A DNA stretch of 64,000 nt from an uncultured bacterium (GTDB lineage: Bacteria > Krumholzibacteriota > Krumholzibacteriia > Krumholzibacteriales > Krumholzibacteriaceae): NCBI GenBank assembly GCA_963786935.1, contig CAWBAN010000001.1, positions 1,248,001 through 1,312,000 of the forward strand, written 5' to 3'. Positions 12,201 through 24,004 of this stretch are shown here, one piece after another (position 1 is the first letter of the stretch; the number at the start of each line of letters is the position of its first letter). The notes under the pieces are model-generated. The model did no database searches and was not told where the DNA came from. It saw only the letters and a list, made by a program, of their open reading frames with translations. A program made the translations under genes and the position numbers.

Positions 12201-12860
12201 AACCCGCGGCTGACCTTCTGGCACCGGATGAGCGCCGAAGCGGGCACGGCGTATCCCTACTGGGCGCTCGACGCCGGCGTCGTGGAGCTGTCGCAGGATC
12301 ACGGCGCGACGTGGAGGATCATCAATCCCACCGTCATCTATCCGTCGCGCGCGAGCCCGTACAACACGATCTTCCTCGCCGCCTATCAGCGGTGCTATTC
12401 GGGGACGTTCGATTGGAAGATGGAGACGTTCGATCTTTCGGCGTACCGCGGCCCCGTGCTCCTCCGATTCCACTTCGCGGGAGACGAGCAACGCGGATTC
12501 GAGGGGTGGTACATCGACGATATCGCCGTGACGACCGACGTGCCGACCGATGCGGGGGATCCCGGCGTACCGCGCGCCCCGACCGCGGACCGGCTCGCGT
12601 CCGCGTATCCGAACCCGTTCAACCCGCGCACGATCATTCCCTATGAGCTCGCCGCGCGCGGGGAGGTCGAGCTCAAGATCTTCGACGCGTCGGGGAGGCT
12701 CATCCGGACGCTTTTCGCGGGCGTCCGCGAGGCGGGACGGCACGAATCGGTCTGGGACGGAACGGACAACCGCGGCGCGGCGGTCGCGAGCGGCATCTAT
12801 TTCTGCAGATTCAGGACGGGCGTGTACTCGGCGACGACGCGGCTCGCGCTCGTTCGATGA
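9204..12860 (+). CDS. Secreted C25 (gingipain-like) cysteine peptidase with propeptide, Ig-like domains and FlgD-Ig/T9SS-like C-terminal domain
   Basis: Signal peptide; propeptide PGEPILPV; YVLLGGD, SDLYYACLDG, VGRLP; putative catalytic His/Cys in NHCGHS and QGC; LLGDP; C-terminal YPNPFNP...WDG...SGIYF. Confidence 0.9.
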   Translation: MTTRHLAGICCAVFLLAGNARAGILTKQISFDNPAVSSMTGGALITIPGCRSIANPGEPILPVYAACFILPPGESVSRVVIEPLETVAIEGSHAVAPMQPQAPLGTSDPPGFMRSEGVYRSSQPFPAVRGELATEQTVAGVRLAFVNVHPCAFVPSTGAVLFFPSVRVTIETAPSLGAAAAPPARTREALRALRRVVENPGLSSAYATAAPLLDETDEGEDVVHYLIVTSPAFAPYFQPLADLRVRCGMRARIVDTAWISANYTGADLQEKIRNFIRFAYENWDTRYVLLGGDDEVIPHRGFYVKVGMTADVNIPSDLYYACLDGTWNTDGDAYYGEPGEEDLLSEVIVGRLPVDSPEEIENVIGKISSYTLSPVPEQCRSAGLFGELLWSVSGVDTWGSDYKNEILLGSSSWGFTTAGVPAGFSTPLLYDSESYTWSTSDALSILNGGVNLVNHCGHSNLYSVMRIATGDVPSLTNDGVSAGFFICYSQGCYAASFDNRDEAGTVHAEDCIAEALVTGERGAVAFIGNTRLGWDAPGSTCGVSQLFDRQFFDALFGEGITRLGDALDDSRLDNVSYIGYEAVRWVYYGMCLLGDPALSVWTDTPRPLAVEHDSVVFAGQGGFEVRVSDGGGPLPGALASLNAPPPGAYCAAVTDDAGTALLQPRPLGTGSVLLSVVSPNHYPHADTLAVEELTAYLPSVSLLAVNDDTAGGQGDGDGVAETGETVALTVAIRNIGLSGLTNVSLFLTVDGASVIVLAGSALVGDLPPGASATLDRAFVVEIMPRESGPGEAALEFEVSAGEGNWKTSIALQVNAPAVSIESISISDTAYGNGNGCLEAWEFQNVSFVCRNSGNTEAILRTITLGFPDDSFARAVRATIAAPVIPAGGTVSFTDELLWFVKEAVPPFSRIEMILAIDGSNMKAHAETIIARTCGYGLDDPASTEGAFSHRAIAGVDQWHLSATRFHSAPSSWKCGDPSSGPYANIMESILELPPLCLFDNPRLTFWHRMSAEAGTAYPYWALDAGVVELSQDHGATWRIINPTVIYPSRASPYNTIFLAAYQRCYSGTFDWKMETFDLSAYRGPVLLRFHFAGDEQRGFEGWYIDDIAVTTDVPTDAGDPGVPRAPTADRLASAYPNPFNPRTIIPYELAARGEVELKIFDASGRLIRTLFAGVREAGRHESVWDGTDNRGAAVASGIYFCRFRTGVYSATTRLALVR

Positions 12861-12876
12861 TCGCGCGTCCCCCGAT

Positions 12877-13464
12877 TCACCTGATGAATTCCACGGTCCC
12901 GCGTTCGAGATCGTAGTACGCCCCGACCGCGCTGAGTGCTCCCGTCGCGATGCGGGTCTTCAGCGCGCCCTCGCTCCCCTCGAGGAAGCCGACGCTCGAC
13001 ATCACGCTGAGCCGCGCCGCGGCGTCGACGACGTCTCCCCCCTGCTCCCGCGCCTTCAGGACCGCCGGCTGAAGCGCCGCGTAAATCACGGCGATCCGTC
13101 CATGGGGGGCTTCTCCCTCCACCGCGGCGGTGACCGCGCCGCAGCGCGAATGCCCCATCACGACGATGAGCGGCACGTCGAGATGCGCGACCGCGTACTC
13201 GAGGCTCGCCACGCCCACGTCGTCGATGATATTTCCCGCGGTCCGCAGAACGAACAGGTCTCCGATCCCCTGATCGAAAACGATCTCGAGCGGAACCCGC
13301 GAATCGGAGCACGAAACGATCGCCGCGAAAGGCTTCTGCCCCTTCTCGAGCACCTGCGCGCGCCGGCCCGCGTCCTGCCGCGGGTGGATGCACGCGCCGG
13401 CCGCGAATCGCGCGTTTCCCTCGATGAGCTCGGCGAGCGCGCGCTCGGGGCTCTGCATTTTCAT
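12877..13464 (-). CDS. Beta-class carbonic anhydrase
   Basis: GNARF, SCSDSRV, RTAGN, SLEYA, GHSRCGA zinc ligands. Confidence 0.93.
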   Translation of the reverse strand: MKMQSPERALAELIEGNARFAAGACIHPRQDAGRRAQVLEKGQKPFAAIVSCSDSRVPLEIVFDQGIGDLFVLRTAGNIIDDVGVASLEYAVAHLDVPLIVVMGHSRCGAVTAAVEGEAPHGRIAVIYAALQPAVLKAREQGGDVVDAAARLSVMSSVGFLEGSEGALKTRIATGALSAVGAYYDLERGTVEFIR

Positions 13465-14162
13465 GACGTATGTCCTTTCTTCGCCGGCGTCCCCGGCGTG
13501 ATCTCGCAGAATACGCTCGATGAGTCGACCTCGACGATGCGGGCATCCACGCCGATCTCGGCGGCGAGCGCGGCGAACTGCCGCGCCGAGAAGGTCGTCG
13601 CGGCGAAACCGTCCCGGCAGACGATCCTCCCGTCGCCCGTCCGCTCCCGGTCTATTGCCCCGACGAGGCCCGCTACGGCCTGCAGGACGAACCACTGGAG
13701 CCGGTCCTCCCAGAACGAGTCGCTGTAGCTCGAGAAGAGCGCGAGCCCCCCGGGCCGCGTCACGCGGACACCTTCGCGCACGAGCTCCCGCGCGTCGACG
13801 TGAAACGCCGAGATGCCGTTCTGGATGCACACGACGCGGTCGAACGCGCCGTCCCGAAAGCCGAGCCGGACCGCGTCCATCCGCGCGAAGGCGCAGTTAC
13901 CCGCGCGCTCGAGCCCCGCTCTTCCGTGCTCCATGCTCTCGATCGACGTGTCGATGCCGACGACGAAGCGCGCGATGCCCGCGAGCCGCGCCATCACGCG
14001 GCCGTAGCCGCAACCGAGCTCGAGCACCGTGTCCCCGGCCGTGAGACCGCGCAGAACGTGATCGATCTCCGCCTCCAGATACTGCCGAACGCGCGGCGGA
14101 GCGATCTCGTACGCCTTCTCGAGCCGGGCCGCGGAGAGCTTCTCGCGGTAGTAATCCGGCAT
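13461..14162 (-). CDS. Class I SAM-dependent methyltransferase
   Basis: VLELGCGYG motif I, GID, FDRV, RPGG; the start may instead be GTG at 14183. Confidence 0.85.
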   Translation of the reverse strand: MPDYYREKLSAARLEKAYEIAPPRVRQYLEAEIDHVLRGLTAGDTVLELGCGYGRVMARLAGIARFVVGIDTSIESMEHGRAGLERAGNCAFARMDAVRLGFRDGAFDRVVCIQNGISAFHVDARELVREGVRVTRPGGLALFSSYSDSFWEDRLQWFVLQAVAGLVGAIDRERTGDGRIVCRDGFAATTFSARQFAALAAEIGVDARIVEVDSSSVFCEITPGTPAKKGHTS

Positions 14163-14163
14163 C

Positions 14164-16754
14164 TCAGGAACGGGGCGATTCACCGGTGAGGCCCCTTCCC
14201 CGCGCAATGCCGACCGCCTTGAGCGTCTCGAACCACAGAACGCTCGCGAGCGCCGCGGCGAGACACAGGAGGAGATCGGCCCCATGCGGAGTTTCGAACA
14301 GGAACAGCCTTTGGAGGAACGGGACGTACAGCACGATCGCGAGGAAGGCGATCGCGCCGATCGACGACCACCACGCCGCGGCATTCGGCGCCCGGAGCGT
14401 CTGAAGAAACGTCCGCGAGTATGAACGGTTCGTGAAAATGAGCCCGAGGTTCGCGATGACGAGCGTCACGAAGGCGATGGCGCGCGCCTCGTTCTCGCTG
14501 TCCCCGTGCGATCGGGAGACGACGAACATCCCGAGAACGATGGCGAGAACGACCAGTCCCTGCAGGATGCTGAAGCTCACGATGCGCCTGTCGAGGAGCG
14601 GATGCTTCACGTTGCGGGGCGGGCGCTTCATGATGTCCTTCTCCTCGGCTTCCGCCTCGAACACGATCGAGCACGCCGGGTCGATGATGAGCTCGAGGAA
14701 CACGATGTGAACCGGCAGGAGGATGAGCGGCCATTTGAGGAGCACCGGAATGAGCGAGAGCCCCGCGATCGGCACATGGATCGCCAGGATGTACGCCATC
14801 GCCTTCTTCAGGTTGTCGTAGATCCGTCGCCCCATCCTGACCGCCTTGACGATCGACGAGAAGTCGTCGTCGAGGAGCACGAGCGAAGCCGCCTCGCGCG
14901 CGACGTCGGTGCCTCTGCCTCCCATCGCGATCCCGATATGCGCGGACTTGAGCGCCGGGGCGTCGTTGACCCCGTCCCCCGTCATGACGACGATCTCTTT
15001 GTTCGCCTTGAGCGCGTTCACCAGCTTCAGCTTCTGCTCCGGCATGACGCGCGCGAAGATGTTCGTCGCGCGCACGTGCTCTTCGAGGTCGACGGCGCCG
15101 GTCGCCTCCAGCTCGTAGCCGGTGAGCACCCGGTCGGCCGGCTCGAGCCCGGCCTGCCGCGCGATGTTGCGGGCGGTGCCGGGGTAGTCTCCCGTCACCA
15201 TGACGACGCGGATATCGGCGTCGTAGCATTCCCTGATCGAGCCCGCCACCTCGGAGCGCACGGGATCGGCGAGCCCGACGAGGCCGAGGAACCGGAAAAG
15301 GAAATCGTGCTGGCCGTCGGGCAGCTCCTCCTCGCGGAAGAGCGCCTTCGCGACGCCGAGCACACGCAGCCCCTTGTCGGCCATGCGGGACACGCGGGCC
15401 GAGATCGCCCCGGTTTCCGCGGCGCCGAGATGGCAGAGATCGGCGATGACCTCCGGGGCGCCCTTCGCCGCGATGACGAACTCCTCGCCGGACGGGGATT
15501 TCCAGACGCGCGATATCGCGAGCAGCTTCTCGGATATCGGGTATTCGTGCACGAGCGTCCAGTCGTCGTGGAGATGCTCGGTGTGCGCGAGGTAATGGTC
15601 GCCGAACTGCTTGAACGCCTTCTCCATCGGATCGAAGGGATCGCGCTGGCTCGCGAGAATCGAATACTCGACGATCTCGTGAAAGGTCTCGGGAAGCTCA
15701 TGGTCCTTCCGGTAATGGACGTCGTGCAATTCGCCGCGCGCGTCGAGCTCGCTCACGGACATCTGATTCATCGTGAGCGTGCCCGTCTTGTCGACGCAGA
15801 GAACGGTCGCCGCGCCGAGCGTCTCGATCGCCGGCATGTGCCGCGTGAGAACGCGCTTCTGCGAGAGGTGCCACGCGCCGAGCGCGAGAAAGACCGTGAG
15901 CACGACGGGAAACTCCTCGGGGAGAATCGCCATGGCGAGCGTGAGCCCGGCGAGAAATCCGTTGAGCCAGTCGGCTCTCGTGAATCCGTAGGTGACGATG
16001 ACGAGCGCGCACAGCGCGACGCCGACGAGCGCGAAATTCCGGACGAGCCGGCCGGTCTCTTTCTGGAGAAGCATCTCCTCGGGCTTCACGTCCTGAAGCG
16101 CCTTCCCGATCTTGCCCATCTCGGTGCCGACGCCGGTCGCCTTCACCTCCGCGATGCCCTGGCCCCGCACGGCCATCGTTCCCGAGTAGACGAACGGAAG
16201 CCCGTCCCCCCCGGCCGGCCCATTTCCGCGCGGCCGTCCCACACGCGCTTCGTCACGGCGAGCGATTCGCCCGTGAGCAGCGATTCGTCGGTCGAGAGAT
16301 TGCCGTGCCAGAGCACGACGCCGTCCGCGGGGACGCGGTCCCCCTCCGCGAGGACGATCACGTCGCCGCGAACGACCTCGCGCCCCGCGATGCGCTTCTC
16401 GACGCCGTCCCGTATCACGAGCGCGCGGGGGCTCGAGAGGTTCCGCAAGGCCTCGAGCGCCCGCTCGGTCTTCCGCTCCTGGTAGAAGGTGATCGTCATG
16501 ATGACGAACACGAAGCTGAGGAGCATGCACCCTTCCTGCACCTCCCCCAGAACGAAGTAAATCGCGCCGCAGCCGACGAGAAGAAGGAACATCGGCTCGC
16601 GGATCACGTCGAAGACGATATTGAAGATGTTTCTTCGCGCCGCGCTCGGGAGCTCGTTGTAGCCCTCCGCGGCGAGCCGCCGCGCGGCCTCCGCCTCGGA
16701 CAGCCCTTGAATCGAGTCGAGCGAGAATCCCGCGTCACCCGGTGTATGCGACAC
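14164..16754 (-). CDS. Cation-transporting P-type ATPase (Ca2+/Mg2+ type), split by a frameshift in a homopolymer at 16206-16212
   Basis: N-terminal ORF has GLSEAEA...EGD...DESLLTGES; C-terminal ORF has PEEFP, DKTGTLT, KGAPE, TGD, GDGVNDAPALK. One extra G joins the frames as MGRPGGDGLPFVYSGT. Confidence 0.88.
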
Positions 16755-16802
16755 GCCGACGACCTCCGTATGCGATACCCGCCGCCGCGGCGGGCCCGCC
16801 GC

Positions 16803-17405
16803 CTACTTGCCCTTTCGCCAGAACTTGAGGTGCTCGAGGTAGCTCTTCATCCGCGACGTCTCCGCCTCCCGGAAGACGCCCTCCCGCGCGAACCGGACGT
16901 CCTCGATCGTGTAGAAGGCCCGCGGATTGTACCGGTTGATGATCTCGTTCACGTGATCGAGATCGCTCCGTTTTACGATTGTATATATGAGGTTGACGGG
17001 GCCGCGCGCCCCCTGCGCGTCCACGCTCGTCACCCCGTAATCCTCCGCCTTCAGGCGCTCGATGAGCGCGGAGGCCTCCATGCTCGTCACGATGCGGATG
17101 AGGACCGTCCCCATCGCGAGACGCTCCTCGATGTACATCCCGACGAACGTCCCCATGGCGAAACCGGCTCCGTACGCGACGTAGTAGAACGCGTTCGTGA
17201 GGTTCATCATGATCTGACGGATCGCCAGGAGCCAGATCAGCACTTCGAAGAAGCCGAGCAGCGGCGCGAGGAATCGATGTCCCCGCCCGATGAAGAGGAT
17301 CCGCATCGTGCCGATGGAGCAATCGCAGATGCGCGCGAGAAAGATGAGGCCGGGTATGACCACCCAGACGAGCAGCTGAGACCCGAGTCCGGAGCCCGCA
17401 TCCAT
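16803..17405 (-). CDS. DUF2179/DUF5698 (UPF0316) membrane protein
   Basis: IFLARICD.SIGTMR, GFFEVLIW, GFAMGTFVG; C-terminal P-II-like domain (YGVT...G..G...AFYT). Confidence 0.85.
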   Translation of the reverse strand: MDAGSGLGSQLLVWVVIPGLIFLARICDCSIGTMRILFIGRGHRFLAPLLGFFEVLIWLLAIRQIMMNLTNAFYYVAYGAGFAMGTFVGMYIEERLAMGTVLIRIVTSMEASALIERLKAEDYGVTSVDAQGARGPVNLIYTIVKRSDLDHVNEIINRYNPRAFYTIEDVRFAREGVFREAETSRMKSYLEHLKFWRKGK

Positions 17406-17532
17406 CGCGTTCCTTTCTTCGCCGCGCCTAACAAGCGCGCCGGAGGGCTTCGGGCACAAGCCTCCCCGGCGCACGTTCGCTATCTCGTTTCTGTGCTCCG
17501 CGCGACGACGCCGTCGCGCGCCCGCTCATCTC

Positions 17533-17838
17533 CTACCAGCGGTCGCCGCGGTCCCGCCGGCCGCCGCCTCCGCCGCCCCCGCCCCTTCTGCTGTCGGTCT
17601 TCGGACGGGCTTCGCTCACGTTCAGCGCGCGACCCTTGATATCCTTGCCGTTGAGCGCCGCGACCGCGGCCTTTCCTTCTTCAGCCACGGCCATCTCGAC
17701 GAACGCGAAACCTCTCGATCTATCAGTGAACTTATCCTTGATGATATTCACCGAATCAACCTTGCCGAAGGCTTCGAATTCCTTGCGCAACTCCTCCTCG
17801 CTCATATCGAAGGAGAGGTTGCCGACGTAGATGTTCAT
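17533..17838 (-). CDS. RRM-domain RNA-binding protein with Gly/Arg-rich tail
   Basis: RNP2 IYVGNL and RNP1 RGFAFVEM; GGAGG RBS. Confidence 0.95.
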   Translation of the reverse strand: MNIYVGNLSFDMSEEELRKEFEAFGKVDSVNIIKDKFTDRSRGFAFVEMAVAEEGKAAVAALNGKDIKGRALNVSEARPKTDSRRGGGGGGGGRRDRGDRW

Positions 17839-18033
17839 CCTGACCTCCTTTGCGTCATTGCCGCAGGTATATCAAAAAGAGCGCCCCCGTTCAATAGAAA
17901 ATCGGAGCGCGCCCGCCGCCCTGCCGCCGCGGCGCGCGGGCGCGTTAAATGCGGCCTTTACACCCACGGGGGAAAAGGCTACATTTCATGGATTGGAACG
18001 GCCGAAACGACGCATCCGCGGAGAGCGGAAACC

Positions 18034-19819
<1,786 letters not shown>

Positions 19820-19830
<11 letters not shown>

Positions 19831-20968
19831 TCCGCACAACGGCGGCGATCGGGCCGGCGCCAATCCCGGGCTCTACATCCACGTCCCCTTCTGCAAAACA
19901 AAATGCCCGTATTGCGACTTCTACTCGATTCCCGCCGGCGAATCGATCGGCCGATGGCTCGAGGCGCTCGCCCGCGAGGCGGCCCTGCGCCGCGGCGCAT
20001 GCGGCGCCTTCGACGCGCTCTACATCGGCGGCGGCACACCCTCCGTCCTGAGCGACGCCGAAACGGAGCGGATCTTCGAAATCGTCGACGCGAATTTTCG
20101 TTTCGCCTCCGGCGCCGAGGTCACGATCGAGGCGAACCCCGACGACGTGACCCCGCGCGCGGCGGCGCTCTGGCATGAGCTCGGCGTCAACCGGGCGAGC
20201 CTCGGCGTGCAGTCGTTCGACGACGACGCGCTCCGCTTCCTCCGGCGGCGGCACGACGCCGCTCGCTCCCGCGAGGCGTTCCGATCGCTCCGCGACGCGG
20301 GATTCTCGAACATCGGCATCGATCTCATCTACGGATTCGACGGGCAGAGCCTCGATCTCTGGCTGCGGACGCTCACGGAGGCGATCGAGCACCGGCCCGA
20401 GCACCTCTCCTGCTATCAGCTGACGATCGCGCGCTCGACGGAGTTCGCCGCGATGCTCGCGGCGGGGACGCTCGCCCCGCTCGACGAGGAAGCTCAGAGA
20501 GCGTTCTTCCTGGAAACGTCGGCGACGCTGACGCGGGCCGGCTACGTTCACTACGAGGTTTCGAATTTCGCGCGGCAGGGCGAGCCGCGGTCACGGCACA
20601 ACGGCAAGTACTGGAGCCGCACGCCGTATCTCGGCCTCGGGCCGTCCGCGCATTCCTTCCTCGACGGAAGGCGCTGGTGGAACGTCCGCTCCGTGGAAAC
20701 GTACTGCCGGCTGCTCGAAGAGCAGGTGAGCCCCATCGAGGATTCGGAGACGCTCGGCGCGGAGGAGATCGCGCTCGAGACGGTCGCTCTGGGATTCAGG
20801 ACCCGCGACGGCGTGCCGCTCGAAGCGCTGCGGCGGCATCCCGGCTGGGAGCGCACGCTCGATACGCTCGTCGCCGAGGGCCTCGTGACGGTCGAACACG
20901 GCCGCGCCGCCCCCACGACGGAAGGGCTCTGCGTCGCCGACCGTCTCGCGATCGCCTTCGCCGGCTGA
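19820..20968 (+). CDS. hemW: Radical SAM heme chaperone HemW (HemN-like)
   Basis: YIHVPFCKTKCPYCDF, GGGTPS, YEVSNF, HNGKYW; directly follows lepA. Confidence 0.88.
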
Positions 20969-20984
20969 CGGAGGTCGCGCGCCG

Positions 20985-21644
20985 CTACTTCGATTTCACG
21001 GTTCCCTTCGACTCCAGCACGTGCTCCCGGTAGGAATACACGGTCACGACGAGCGCAGCCGCGAGCACCGGAACGAGGACGAACCAGATCGCGTACGAAG
21101 GAACGACGATTCCGCCGAGCGCCAGCACGCCGGCGATCTTGAACAGGATCCCGCCGAAACGGTGCGTCCGCTCCCAGACGCGGTCGCTCGCGAGCGTCCA
21201 CGGCGTCCTGATGCCGACGCACATGTTCCGCTTCGTACGCTCGAGGAGCGCGCCGCTGAAGTAGAAGAGAACCGCGAATCCGGGAGCGAGGAACATGATC
21301 ATGACGAACCGGCGCCCGAGGTTCCAGAATATCGTGAGCAGATACAGATACAGGAGGAACAGGAAGAGGAGCACGATGAATCGATCGAAGTGAACCCTGA
21401 ACGTCTCGATGTTCTCCTTGAGCGGATCGGTCCGCGGAATCGCGAGGAAGAGCAGAAACAGCCCGGCCATGACGATCGGGGCGAAGAAGAGCCCCCAGAA
21501 GCGCGGCATGAATCCGTCGACCTCGTTCGAGGCGTTCCAGTGTGAGGCCATTCGCTCCGGCATCCGGCCGGAGAGCGCCCATCCGAGAATGAATGAAACC
21601 AATACGATTCCGAGCACGATCCATTCGGCGGTTCGCAACTTCAT
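20985..21644 (-). CDS. SdpI/DUF1648 family membrane protein
   Basis: SHWN...DG, N..VGIRTPWTLASDRVWERTHR. Confidence 0.88.
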   Translation of the reverse strand: MKLRTAEWIVLGIVLVSFILGWALSGRMPERMASHWNASNEVDGFMPRFWGLFFAPIVMAGLFLLFLAIPRTDPLKENIETFRVHFDRFIVLLFLFLLYLYLLTIFWNLGRRFVMIMFLAPGFAVLFYFSGALLERTKRNMCVGIRTPWTLASDRVWERTHRFGGILFKIAGVLALGGIVVPSYAIWFVLVPVLAAALVVTVYSYREHVLESKGTVKSK

Positions 21645-21681
21645 GGTAAACCTTCCTCTCTGCATTGAAAGGCCGCCTATC

Positions 21682-21707
21682 GATGCACGATTATGCCGGT
21701 TGTTTCA
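21682..21707 (-). promoter_or_regulatory. Possible ECF (SigW-like) promoter of the sdpI-like gene
   Basis: Minus strand TGAAAC-N16-CATC. Confidence 0.4.
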
Positions 21708-21722
21708 CGGCAGGGTCGATGA

Positions 21723-23957
21723 TTATTTTGCGCTGATCTGCCATTCCGTGAAGATCACGTCGGCGATCGAATCGACCTGCGCGCGGTTGAAGAACCACAG
21801 AGGCAATCCGAAGTGCACGCTCGGCGCATCAACCGCCCCCGGTGCATCGGCGACGGTAGCGGAATGCTTCGTTGTCCAGAATGCCACCGTTGCGTTGTTA
21901 AGAGCGGAGTAAGCAGCACTTCGTGTGCGCATGCGATACATCGGATGGAAACAGGATTGCTGTTTGAACTGATTGAAGCTCATCCAATAGCCGGGATTGT
22001 ACAATTCCACATAGTGAAATCCTCGGATCTGCCGATCGAAGAATCTCCCCGGCGCAGTCACCTGCTCCCACAACGTCAATTTATTGGGGAGCCCCGGATG
22101 CGCTGCGGTGATGGGATCGATCGCATCAAGATATGCGTAGTACATAGCATCCCATTCAATCTTTCTGATCGGCAGATCTCCGAATGGATCCGGGCGAAGG
22201 GCGCTGCTGACCTTGTCGAGCACGTCCACACAATAGTCACGATATGCCATGGAATTCACGCCGCTCGTATCCCCGTCGCAGCCGCTTGTCGGCCCCGTTA
22301 TCTCACATCTCAGGCTGAGCGGGAATAACTGCACGCTGGGATGAAGTACCGCCCCGAGCCCCCCCTGCCTGTCGCATTTCCCTTCCGTCCAGAGATGCCC
22401 TCCCGAAGCGATGAAGATCTGGAGCGTGTTGAACGACTGACGGCTTATCGTCCCGATCTTGCTTTCGGGAATGAAGCGGATCATATCGTCCCAGGTGCTG
22501 GTTTCCTCGGCCGACGCGAAAGACCAGATGATATTCTTATACTTCCAGAGCATCTCGATATCCGGCAGCGCGAAATTGTGCATTGCCGTTTCGTATACAT
22601 CGCGCGTCGGCCAGAACCCGCGCGCCCGTGAACAGATCCGGAGCCAAAATTCGTCGTGCTCCGATTCGGTCGGGTACGCATACGTATCCTGGAAGAAAGT
22701 TGTCGAGTAGAAATCGTCTACCCAGAGAAGATTCCTTGTCATTTCGAGCGGAAAGACATTGATCTCCATCTGCGCTATAGTCGAAACGCCGTTGTCATCA
22801 ATGGCTTCGATGAATAAAGTATGAATTCCTGAGCTGAAGCTTGTCGGCCGGATCGCCCTCACGTTGGGGCTCGGCTCGACGGACCATTCACTCGGATCGT
22901 CCACATCGTAAATATCCCAACCGTATCGATATCCCGATATCGTGCCGCCGTAGCTGTTGGCCTCCGCCTTCCAGCTGAAGCGCACCGCGAATCCGGCGGG
23001 GACTTTGAATACCTCGGGCCGGTTCTTTCGACCCATGTATGAAAAAGAGCCGAGCGCCGGCTCGCTCACCCTGAGCAACGGACCGATGCCTTTGGATACG
23101 AAGAAGACCCGCGCATTAGTCTTCAGATCGCAAATAGTAGTCACGGCTCCCGCTTCGTCCATTGCCTGAACGGCGAATACGTACGTTTTTAGGTTTTCGA
23201 CGAGCTCGTCGTCACCGATGACCGTTATTGTTCCCGAATCGCCGGGCGCCTCGTATGAAATCCATGGAGTAGCATATCTCTCGAGCTCTTCAAGATGTGC
23301 ATTCATCTCGTCGAGGATGCCATCCCGGTAGGGGATCAAGAAATGACGGATGGAATCCACCGGCTGGGTATTCCATGGCTTGTCTATGGGATCCACGGCT
23401 TCCCATTCGAACCTGATGCGAGGCGGAAGAATCTGCGATTGGCCGGGAAAGGGATTCAACGGGGATTCAATGATGACCCAGGGAGCGAGCGTCCACGCCG
23501 TGAAGGACCGGTACGCCGGCGATGATCGATTCCCTTCCCTATCGACGCCGCGAAGGAAAAGGGTGTGCGTGGCGTCAAATCGCGTGTAGCGGTTGCCCCT
23601 GATCGTGACATCCGTCGCCGAGTCATCCGCCGCTACGACGAACTCGCTATCGTATTTGGTCGTCGAGCGCCATTTTTCTAGGCCGGTTGTGTCTTGCTTA
23701 TGAAAGCCCAAGGGATTTCCGTCGACAAACACGAACTCGAATCTATTAATTTCTCCGTCCGGATCCCACCCACCCCAATAGAAATGCACTTTATAGGAGA
23801 TTGAATCCCCTTCGACGGGGCCGCTGGAAAGCCAGACCTCGGGAGGTTTGTTCTCGACGCCTCGCCCGATGAGCAAGTCTTCCGAGCAGCCGAATAAATA
23901 CATGAGCAGGCCAAGCGTTATGGCAAAGGGGATCTTGGACACGGCAAACAAATTCAA
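21723..23957 (-). CDS. Large hypothetical lipoprotein (three FN3/Y_Y_Y-like repeats plus a C-terminal alpha/beta domain)
   Basis: 744-aa ORF with TTG start after a G-rich RBS; lipobox LFGC; repeated F.W...D/ and H.....A.D units; lower GC than its neighbours. Confidence 0.7.
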   Translation of the reverse strand: MNLFAVSKIPFAITLGLLMYLFGCSEDLLIGRGVENKPPEVWLSSGPVEGDSISYKVHFYWGGWDPDGEINRFEFVFVDGNPLGFHKQDTTGLEKWRSTTKYDSEFVVAADDSATDVTIRGNRYTRFDATHTLFLRGVDREGNRSSPAYRSFTAWTLAPWVIIESPLNPFPGQSQILPPRIRFEWEAVDPIDKPWNTQPVDSIRHFLIPYRDGILDEMNAHLEELERYATPWISYEAPGDSGTITVIGDDELVENLKTYVFAVQAMDEAGAVTTICDLKTNARVFFVSKGIGPLLRVSEPALGSFSYMGRKNRPEVFKVPAGFAVRFSWKAEANSYGGTISGYRYGWDIYDVDDPSEWSVEPSPNVRAIRPTSFSSGIHTLFIEAIDDNGVSTIAQMEINVFPLEMTRNLLWVDDFYSTTFFQDTYAYPTESEHDEFWLRICSRARGFWPTRDVYETAMHNFALPDIEMLWKYKNIIWSFASAEETSTWDDMIRFIPESKIGTISRQSFNTLQIFIASGGHLWTEGKCDRQGGLGAVLHPSVQLFPLSLRCEITGPTSGCDGDTSGVNSMAYRDYCVDVLDKVSSALRPDPFGDLPIRKIEWDAMYYAYLDAIDPITAAHPGLPNKLTLWEQVTAPGRFFDRQIRGFHYVELYNPGYWMSFNQFKQQSCFHPMYRMRTRSAAYSALNNATVAFWTTKHSATVADAPGAVDAPSVHFGLPLWFFNRAQVDSIADVIFTEWQISAK

Positions 23958-24004
23958 GGTCGCCCGCCCCTCCCCCGGGTCGATAGCCGCCTCGAATGGG
24001 TAGG

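Noticed and set aside
16143..16754. Independent small ATPase N-terminal gene
   Set aside because: It joins the downstream ORF seamlessly with a single-base correction.
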